Assembly: GCA_002396665.1 (NCBI GenBank)
Contig: DGYJ01000078.1
Span: 1 to 41,013, forward strand
DNA from: Bdellovibrionaceae bacterium UBA5009
GTDB lineage: Bacteria; Bdellovibrionota; Bdellovibrionia; Bdellovibrionales; Bdellovibrionaceae
DNA: 41,013 nt
Direction: 5' to 3'
Numbering within the stretch: the stretch's first letter is position 1; each line of letters begins with the position of its first letter. Both the position numbers and the translations under genes were made by a program. Below are positions 9,194 through 15,251 of this stretch, one piece after another. Below the pieces are notes generated by a model. The model searched no databases and had not been told where the DNA came from. It worked only from the letters and a program-made list of their open reading frames with translations.

Positions 9194-10882
9194 ATGTTAC
9201 TGGAATTGAAAGTTTCAAATTTTGCGATCATTGATAATCTTCATATTCGCTTTCGCTCTGGATTGAATATCCTGAGTGGTGAAACAGGTTCGGGCAAATC
9301 TGTTCTTTTAAAAAGCTTGGCTCTATTGATGGGTGGCAAGGCCTCTTCAGACATGATCCGCCCTGGGCAAAATCAATCTATTGTTGAAGGTTGCTTTGAT
9401 ATTTCGAAACGAAAAGACATCCAAGATAAATTGCACGAGCACGGAATCGACACTGACGACGATCAACTGATCATCCGTCGCCTGATCAGTTCTGAAGACA
9501 AATCCAGAATTTATCTGAATGGGACCCTTTCACCTTTGTCGACACTAAGGGATTTAGTGGCCCCCTTGATCGAAGTCACAGGCCCCGCTTCGCCGTTGAT
9601 TGAAATGACTGGCCAACATGAAAATAAAAACTTGATGTCTAAATTTTATCATTTGGATCTTTTAGATCATTACTGCGGAACTTGGGAAAAGCGCCATCAG
9701 TTTGAAACCCAATACAATCGCTTGAAACAAATTGATTCTGAAATTCACGATCTGCAAAGCGATGGCCAGAACAAAGCCCAACGCCTTGATTTTTTACTTT
9801 TTCAAAAAGATGAAATCGAAAAATTAGATCTTGGACCAGGCGAAGACTTGGCCATTGAATCAGAAATTAAAAAATTAAAAAATGCGTCCCGGCTGAGTTC
9901 TTTTGTAAGCATGGCCGAAGCTACATTGTATGAAGACGATGACTCTGCAAAAAATCGTCTCAAAGCCGTTTTAAAAAAATCTGCTGAATTGGTCACCTTA
10001 GACCCCACATTGGCTGATAAAATTCAAGGCCTTGAACAAGCTCAAACATTGATAGATGACGCTCTTTATTCTTTGCGTGGCGAATTGAATGATATCGAAT
10101 CTGACCCCAATCGCTTAGAAGAATTGGAATCTCGATTAAGTGCCCTTCGCAAGTTGCAAAAAAAATATGGCACTGATGTGAATAGTATCCTACAGGCCTT
10201 GGTTGAAATCGAAAATGAAGTCGCAATTTTACAAAATTCTGAACAACGTGTGATCGAACTACAAAAAGAACAAGAAAAAATCAAAGCCGATCTTAAAAAA
10301 TTAGGAAACGATCTTCACACTCGTCGCAGCAAGGGATCAGAGCTTCTAACCGCCTCGGTGAATGAAGAACTTAGCGAACTGAACATGAAGGGTGTCTTAT
10401 TTAGCGTGCATTTGGAAAAGTCTGAAGATTTTAAAGCCACAGGCCTGAGTGATGTCGAGTTTATGACTCGCTCTTCGGCGAAGGATACCCCGCGCCCACT
10501 CTCTAAATTTGCATCGGGCGGCGAGCTCAGTCGTATTTTGTTATCATTAAAACGAGTGGTGGGATCTTCTGATCAGCCGCGCACTTACCTTTTTGATGAA
10601 GTGGACACCGGAGTCTCTGGCGAAACCGCTGAAAAAGTTGGTAAAAAATTAAAGAGCATCGCCAAAGGTCAGCAAGTCATTTGCGTGACTCATTTGCCCC
10701 AGGTGGCCGCTTGTGGAGATCATCATTTCTATATTCAAAAATCTCCGCAAAAAGATTCTGTCTCGATGGACGTTGCAGAACTGAAATCCAAAGACCGTGT
10801 GCGCGAAATTGCCCGCCTGATTTCAGGCGAAAAAATCTCAAAAACCAGCCTGGCCCACGCCGAAGAGTTGTTGGGGCTGTAG
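9194..10882 (+). CDS. recN: DNA repair protein RecN (SMC-like ATPase)
   Basis: 562-aa ORF with a GGAGG RBS. N-terminal Walker A GETGSGKS, a long coiled-coil middle, the ABC signature ASGGELSRILL, and Walker B YLFDEVDTG. The nadK-recN pairing is a common synteny. Confidence 0.95.
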   Translation: MLLELKVSNFAIIDNLHIRFRSGLNILSGETGSGKSVLLKSLALLMGGKASSDMIRPGQNQSIVEGCFDISKRKDIQDKLHEHGIDTDDDQLIIRRLISSEDKSRIYLNGTLSPLSTLRDLVAPLIEVTGPASPLIEMTGQHENKNLMSKFYHLDLLDHYCGTWEKRHQFETQYNRLKQIDSEIHDLQSDGQNKAQRLDFLLFQKDEIEKLDLGPGEDLAIESEIKKLKNASRLSSFVSMAEATLYEDDDSAKNRLKAVLKKSAELVTLDPTLADKIQGLEQAQTLIDDALYSLRGELNDIESDPNRLEELESRLSALRKLQKKYGTDVNSILQALVEIENEVAILQNSEQRVIELQKEQEKIKADLKKLGNDLHTRRSKGSELLTASVNEELSELNMKGVLFSVHLEKSEDFKATGLSDVEFMTRSSAKDTPRPLSKFASGGELSRILLSLKRVVGSSDQPRTYLFDEVDTGVSGETAEKVGKKLKSIAKGQQVICVTHLPQVAACGDHHFYIQKSPQKDSVSMDVAELKSKDRVREIARLISGEKISKTSLAHAEELLGL

Positions 10883-10900
10883 TTGTTATCAAGAATTGCG

Positions 10901-11100
10901 GCGCGGTAGTTGCTAGCCGAATGTTCGGCTAGCATTAATATCAGCAGAATTTTAAGCAGAAGTCGCTATCTCGTGGATTGTTGAGCGACAGTTGCTATCC
11001 GATGCCTATGGATTACTCAGGCTGTCGTTAATATCAGAGAGCTGTTACGTGGAAACCCCTAGCCGATGGATAGTTCGGACTGTCGTTAATATATCAGCGA
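10901..11100. repeat. degenerate direct repeats (about 55-60 bp units) ending in TTAATAT(AT)CAG
   Basis: TTAATATCAG occurs at 10935 and 11028, and TTAATATATCAG at 11086. The exact 13-mer CTGTCGTTAATAT occurs at 11022 and 11080 (58 bp apart). AGTTGCTAGCC is at 10908, AGTTGCTATCC at 10990 and AGTCGCTATC at 10961. TAGCCGA-N-TTCGG hairpin-like cores lie at 10914 and 11060. Confidence 0.6.
10912..10933 (+). terminator. perfect 9-bp hairpin 30 nt downstream of the recN stop
   Basis: GCTAGCCGA-atgt-TCGGCTAGC. It is followed by ATTAATATCAG, which is A/T-rich but not a clean U-tract. The hairpin is also the first member of the degenerate repeat family listed next. Confidence 0.35.
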
Positions 11101-11113
11101 GTTGTTGCGCAGC

Positions 11114-11160
11114 AGTCACGGTTCGCGCGGTAGTCGCGCTCGAGCTATAGTCACGGTTCG
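11114..11160. repeat. exact 12-mer AGTCACGGTTCG repeated at 35-bp spacing
   Basis: Copies at 11114-11125 and 11149-11160, with the related AGTCGCGCT at 11132. Confidence 0.7.
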
Positions 11161-11324
11161 AGATGCAGTTAGAATCCGAAGTGTTATTAGGCAGTAATTG
11201 CAATTGGATCTTGTATTCCCTTAACGAAAACTGCGCGGTCTTGGAACTTAAAATCTGATGGACCTGTAAAGTTCCTATTTTTAAAAGTTTTTATTTTTTT
11301 CGGTTCATCAAATGTTCAGGGCAG

Positions 11325-11357
11325 AATTTAATATTTAATATTTAATATTTAATATTT
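11325..11357. repeat. heptanucleotide microsatellite (AATATTT)x4 plus a partial unit
   Basis: Perfect units at 11330, 11337, 11344 and 11351, preceded by the partial unit AATTT. Confidence 0.95.
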
Positions 11358-11389
11358 GAGGTTGAGGTTGAGGTTGAGGTTGAGGTTGA
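11358..11389. repeat. hexanucleotide microsatellite (GAGGTT)x5 plus GA
   Basis: Perfect units at 11358, 11364, 11370, 11376 and 11382. It directly abuts the heptamer array and ends 8 nt from the stop codon (11397-11399) of the minus-strand HUH gene. On the minus strand it reads (AACCTC)5. Confidence 0.95.
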
Positions 11390-11396
11390 AACATAC

Positions 11397-12074
11397 CTAG
11401 CCGGAGCCCTCAAACCAATTCATTTCACCAACTATTATTTTAGCCACAGATCGAGGATAGCCCATTCCTTCGAATTGATTAAGTCTGATATAATCTTTCA
11501 ATCTAAGTACAGCTTGATGCCCAATCACAATGCGCGTAAATGGACGGCGATCCCAGAATTTATGCGGGTGCATTCCGGAGGTTCCGCTATTAGCCGAAGC
11601 CTTGCTTATGACCGAGGCTCCACCATTAGGCGTAGCCCTACTTACGATCGAGGCTCCACCGTTGACCGAAGTTGATGAAGAAGGATCCATTACCGAGGCC
11701 TTCATTTTCTGCACTGACCACTTGTTCCGGCCACTGACTTTCATCGCAATCGCGGCTGTTATTGCGCGAATAAAGGGTTTGTAATTGTCTCTGCGCGAAA
11801 GTTTGATTTGCAAGTGCAAATGATTTCCCACATTGGCAGAACTGACAAGTTGGATATTATTTTTATGAGCAAACTTTTTGAGTAGGGCTTGGATTTCTTT
11901 TTTGTAGCGAAGAAAAGACATTTTACCTTTGGCCTTTGTAGACCTTAAAGTCAAATGCATGGTTTGTTTGGTTGAAAGCGGCCGTGCATAGGCCCTGCCC
12001 TTTCTTTTAGTCTGCAAATCGCCACCGTAGGAGAGACTTTCTTTTTTGAAAAGATTGATTTGCTTGGCGGCCAT
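11397..12074 (-). CDS. HUH/Y1 single-strand DNA transposase-family protein (RAYT / IS200-like, COG1943-type) with an internal repeat insertion
   Basis: 225-aa ORF. The HUH motif NHLHLQIK has H-L-H encoded at 11814-11822. The candidate catalytic Tyr lies in DYIRLNQ (Y195, codon 11490-11492), resembling the RAYT YIxxNP motif. N-terminal GGDL..KRKGRAYARPLSTKQTMHLTLRS and FWDRRPFTRIV are typical of this family as I recall it. RBS is GAGGGTG. Confidence 0.6.
   Translation of the reverse strand: MAAKQINLFKKESLSYGGDLQTKRKGRAYARPLSTKQTMHLTLRSTKAKGKMSFLRYKKEIQALLKKFAHKNNIQLVSSANVGNHLHLQIKLSRRDNYKPFIRAITAAIAMKVSGRNKWSVQKMKASVMDPSSSTSVNGGASIVSRATPNGGASVISKASANSGTSGMHPHKFWDRRPFTRIVIGHQAVLRLKDYIRLNQFEGMGYPRSVAKIIVGEMNWFEGSG
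11576..11684. repeat. about three copies of a 36-bp in-frame tandem repeat inside the HUH gene
   Basis: CGAGGCTCCACC occurs at 11613 and 11649 (36 bp apart), with a degenerate copy CGGAGGTTCCGC at 11576. On the minus strand these encode NGGASIVSRATP / NGGASVISKASA / NSGTSGMHPHKF. Confidence 0.7.
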
Positions 12075-12348
12075 TTTATTACACCCTCATCTAGCATTTT
12101 ACAACATACTTATCTAAATTCGATAGTGAAGCATTTTTATAAATATGTGAACGAAGGTATAAAATCAAGATAAAATTAAATTTTTTTTTAAATTTACATA
12201 ATCAGAAGTTCAGAAGAGAAAATCCTATATCTGCTAACGCACTTGTGGCCCTGCCGTTGAATTTCTTTCGTTTGAACTTCTTACTATTCTAGACCAGCAC
12301 TGATTGACCCATAAATGGAGCTCTCCGCTCATAGCTCTGTGCTTATAA

Positions 12349-12362
12349 GCACATATTTTTAG
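12349..12362. repeat. perfect 14-bp palindrome GTGCTTATAAGCAC
   Basis: Read directly from the sequence. It shares the GCTTAT core with the 17-bp array at 12761-12898 and lies about 275 bp upstream of the HUH gene start. Confidence 0.9.
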
Positions 12363-12434
12363 ACCTTGTTCTTATAATCATACATTTATTGGTTTGCACT
12401 TATACGCCGACATAGTCTGCTCTACGTTTGAATC

Positions 12435-12592
12435 GAAATTCGTAGCCATTGAAGCAAGCTTGCTACCACTGAAGAAATTCGTAGCCATTGAAGCAAGCTT
12501 GCTGCCACTGAAGAAATTTGTGGCCTTTGAAGTAAGCTTAGAGCCAATGAAATAAATATACCGCCATTGAAATAAATTTACTGTCGCCACGA
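12435..12592. repeat. 39-bp tandem repeat array (3 full units plus 2 decayed half units), each full unit carrying a palindrome
   Basis: Units at 12435-12473, 12474-12512 (1 mismatch) and 12513-12551 (diverged), followed by ATAAATATACCGCCATTGAA and ATAAATTTACTGTCGCCAC. The 12-bp palindrome AGCAAGCTTGCT is at 12453-12464 and 12492-12503. Confidence 0.9.
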
Positions 12593-12760
12593 TACTTCAA
12601 ACTCTATAAATTGCAGAAGACAATCCAGCACTGGCATATTCTTTGATTCAATTCCCAATACCCTTGCCCAGAGCCCTTCTTGGGCACTGGGTTTGTAAAT
12701 TATCCGTGTCAAAAATGTGCACACTATGATTTCGCCATAAACTGGTTTATGTATTTGGTG

Positions 12761-12898
12761 GCTGCAGTTGCAGTAAAGCTTATGTAGCCACTGTGCTTAT
12801 GCAACAACAATGCTTATGTGTAGCCACAGGGCTCTTGCAACAAAAAAGCTTATGCAATGACGGAGCTCGTGCAACAACAGGGCTTTTGCCAGCTGAGT
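12761..12898. repeat. 17-bp periodic degenerate tandem array (8 units) upstream of the small secreted protein gene
   Basis: GCT-core units start at 12761, 12778, 12795, 12812, 12831, 12848, 12865 and 12882. The period is 17 bp, with one 19-bp unit. Unit tails alternate between TAGCCAC and CAACAAC. A further degenerate copy, GCTTGTG, is at 12947. Confidence 0.8.
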
Positions 12899-13014
12899 AT
12901 TCGCAGTTGCTGGGCACTCGAAGCAGCTGGTATTATCAGCTGCAAAGCTTGTGCAGAGTTTTTTTGAGTAATTTTTTGCTACAGACTTTTATTTTCACAG
13001 TACGGGGGTACAAA

Positions 13015-13344
13015 ATGAAAATCATCCTACAACTGGCCATGCTCCAATTTCTTGGAATGTTTTTGGTCTACACAGTATCGCAAGCAGCACCTGCAAAACT
13101 CATCGCCCAGGCCATAACAAGCGATGCTGTCGCAACAGTCGAGTCCCAATTCCCAAAAAACGTATCCGTTAGCTTAAAAAAAATTGAAGAGGTCGCAGTT
13201 TACCGCTGCATGAATTGCTATGATTTAAAACTAACTTATGCTGGCCGCTCTTTAGAATCTGGAAAAGCCATTAAGTTTTCGAAATTGATCGCTGTCCGTG
13301 GCGGTCAAAGTGATCAACTCTCGGTCAGTGTTATTAAGCCCTAG
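13015..13344 (+). CDS. small secreted protein, unknown function
   Basis: ATG at 13015 is preceded by GGGGGT. Signal peptide MKIILQLAMLQFLGMFLVYTVSQAAP; 109 aa. The upstream 74 codons of the track ORF run through the 17-bp array, whose period is not a multiple of 3, and are rejected. Confidence 0.6.
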   Translation: MKIILQLAMLQFLGMFLVYTVSQAAPAKLIAQAITSDAVATVESQFPKNVSVSLKKIEEVAVYRCMNCYDLKLTYAGRSLESGKAIKFSKLIAVRGGQSDQLSVSVIKP

Positions 13345-13365
13345 TTAAAACCGAGTGTCTCCAAA

Positions 13366-15090
13366 TCATGGTCTTAAGTTATTATGAATAATCGAAGCAC
13401 GGCCGAATTTATAACGATTTAAATCCTCTGCTCTTTTTTTCTCTAAATACATTAAGCCTTGTAGGTATCCCATAGCCAATCCGCGATTCGATTTGCGAAA
13501 CTCTGCTTCAGCCTTTTCATAATCGAGCTCTAGAGCACTGGAAACTTTTTCTAAAGTTAAAACCCCGCGCAAAATTTTTGCATTCATATTTTTAGGAAGC
13601 TTTTCCTTTGTCATTTTTATGTCGAGGTGGCGCATTGTCCACGCGCTTAGTGCTTTCGCATTAATCTTTAAATCTGGACGCAATTCATACTTTAACTGGT
13701 CCATCCAGCGAAATGCGCTTGTCAAAATCATATCTTTAATTCTTAGACTTTTTAATTTTCGAATATTTCTATATTCGGCGAGTAAAGAAAATCTTGGATC
13801 AAATTCTATGTCAGAGGGCGAAAACATTGTTGTGTTTTGAATTCCCATCATTCTTGGCAATGAGGTCTTTGGGTTAAGAGTTGACATAAACATTGGAATA
13901 TCTACACCCACATTCTTTAAACCAACATATCCCACCTGCGAGCAAAATAACTCTTTGGGATTTCGAAAATTTTGCAAATCCATTTTAAAGTTGTAAGGAA
14001 CATTGTAATTCACATCATCAGATGCAAATCCTGGGTTTCTTTTTCGTTCATCAGAACGAAATTTTTGAATAAACTTGTAGGTCCATTCTGCACCGGCATG
14101 GGCTTTGATTGGATCTTGAAATCTTAGCAACATATTGCGTGCATTTTTATCTGCAAAATAATCTGCCAGTGGCCTAATTGTTGACCCAATTTCAATATGA
14201 GCCTCTAACACAATTACATTTTTCCTTTTAAGAGCCTGGGCAATTGGCAGTTCTTGATTTGGTAAGCCTGGAATATAAATAACTGCCAAATGACTAAATT
14301 GTGAATCAACGTCTGTAATCCGTGAAATCGCAGCACTTGTATAGGCCCCGCCGCGCGAAAGTATCATATCGCCGGACTTAATTTTAACTTCTTGCCCGAT
14401 CAAAGAATCCGCTGGTTGTTGCAATTGCTGCGATCCAGAGAATTGCCGCATTCCAAGGGATTCTTGCGATCCAGAGGATTTTGGTGCAATCAAAAGCCAC
14501 GGGCTCTTTCCTTGAAGAGGGGACAATTTAAAATTTGGATCGGCTTCGAACTTTGGATTTCCTGCTTTGAAGTCCTGGGCTTCGCCTGAAAAGTTTTCTG
14601 CTAAGTAGTCTTCGATCCACCTTAAAGCTCGATTCATTTCACGGGCGGCGGCAACACATGGTTTGACGCTGGCATAATCCGAACCAGCCGCTTGAACAAA
14701 GGATAAAACTTTTTCCCTAAGCTTTACCCTTACCGCCCAAACTTGATTATACTGCGAAAGCCAATTCTTTTTTACATCGTCTAAATCAAAACCTTCTGGC
14801 TTGAATTTATAAATATTTTTGTAGGCTCCTTTTAAAACACCCTCACAGGTTCTTGAATTAAAAATATTTGCGTTTTCAACTTCTTGACCAAAATCTTTAA
14901 TTTCATAGGCCAAGGAAATTACTTCTTGTTCAGAGTTGATATTTCGCTTTGGTTCATTTGATTTAACCGCCTGTGACGACGCCAGACTTTGGAAAGAAAT
15001 TAAATTTATAAGCAAAAATCCAATCAATGAACTCAAAACAGTTAAAGAATAAATTCCTATCTGAGACTTTATTTTTGGCTTTATTTTCAT
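13366..15090 (-). CDS. secreted protein with a permuted papain-fold (YiiX/YaeF, peptidase C92-like) domain
   Basis: 574-aa ORF with an N-terminal signal/TM segment (IYSLTVLSSLIGFLLINLISFQSLASS). GDMILSRGGAYTSAAISRITDVDSQFSHLAVIY followed later by LFCSQVGYV resembles the His...Cys permuted NlpC/P60-type YiiX signature. This is my recollection and has not been verified by search. Confidence 0.5.
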   Translation of the reverse strand: MKIKPKIKSQIGIYSLTVLSSLIGFLLINLISFQSLASSQAVKSNEPKRNINSEQEVISLAYEIKDFGQEVENANIFNSRTCEGVLKGAYKNIYKFKPEGFDLDDVKKNWLSQYNQVWAVRVKLREKVLSFVQAAGSDYASVKPCVAAAREMNRALRWIEDYLAENFSGEAQDFKAGNPKFEADPNFKLSPLQGKSPWLLIAPKSSGSQESLGMRQFSGSQQLQQPADSLIGQEVKIKSGDMILSRGGAYTSAAISRITDVDSQFSHLAVIYIPGLPNQELPIAQALKRKNVIVLEAHIEIGSTIRPLADYFADKNARNMLLRFQDPIKAHAGAEWTYKFIQKFRSDERKRNPGFASDDVNYNVPYNFKMDLQNFRNPKELFCSQVGYVGLKNVGVDIPMFMSTLNPKTSLPRMMGIQNTTMFSPSDIEFDPRFSLLAEYRNIRKLKSLRIKDMILTSAFRWMDQLKYELRPDLKINAKALSAWTMRHLDIKMTKEKLPKNMNAKILRGVLTLEKVSSALELDYEKAEAEFRKSNRGLAMGYLQGLMYLEKKRAEDLNRYKFGRASIIHNNLRP

Positions 15091-15251
15091 TTTATTATTT
15101 TATGTCGGTCTTAGAATTTGCTCAATGCGAAAATGACTCTATCCCTGCATTGAATTTAATCATTGAAAGACCACAGACCTTTGTCCGAGTCTTGCAATGG
15201 AACGATGACAGCCGAATGATTCAAACTATGATAGTCTAGATGAGGTTAACG

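Larger units (their letters stand above)
10883..13014. mobile_element. candidate HUH-transposase-associated repeat island (boundaries not defined)
   Basis: Only 678 of about 2130 bp are coding. The single gene is HUH/Y1 transposase-like. Its flanks of 514 bp and 940 bp consist largely of tandem or direct repeats. No terminal inverted repeats or target-site duplication were identified. Confidence 0.3.

Noticed and set aside
10681-10935. 83-aa (+) and 66-aa (-) ORFs spanning the recN 3' end and the hairpin
   Set aside because: They overlap the confidently called recN frame and extend into the repeat DNA. They are Arg- and Val-rich nonsense-like sequences.
11022-11100. Possible XerCD dif-like site (AGTTCGG...GTTAATATATCAG)
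   Set aside because: It resembles the 11-6-11 dif consensus only in being A/T-rich. No matching XerC or XerD arms are present, and the sequence is one copy of a local repeat.
11114-11175. GGTTCGA / GGTTCGC strings resembling tRNA T-loops
   Set aside because: No acceptor stem, D-arm or anticodon arm could be built around either copy. They are part of a 12-mer direct repeat.
12378-12590. 70-aa minus-strand ORF encoding the repeat peptide ATNFFSGSKLASM
   Set aside because: The ORF is created by the 39-bp (13-codon) repeat itself. It has a GTG start with no Shine-Dalgarno sequence and no signal or known motif. I kept it as non-coding, although translation cannot be excluded without data.
12435-12592. 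Possible CRISPR array, suggested by regular 39-bp repeats containing a palindrome
   Set aside because: The units are directly contiguous with no unique spacers, they decay in sequence, and no cas genes are nearby. This is a tandem minisatellite, not a CRISPR array.
12793-13014. N-terminal 74-codon extension of the small secreted protein ORF
   Set aside because: It runs through the 17-bp array, whose period is not a multiple of 3, and gives a Gln/Leu/Cys-rich nonsense-like sequence. The internal ATG at 13015 has an RBS and is followed immediately by a signal peptide.
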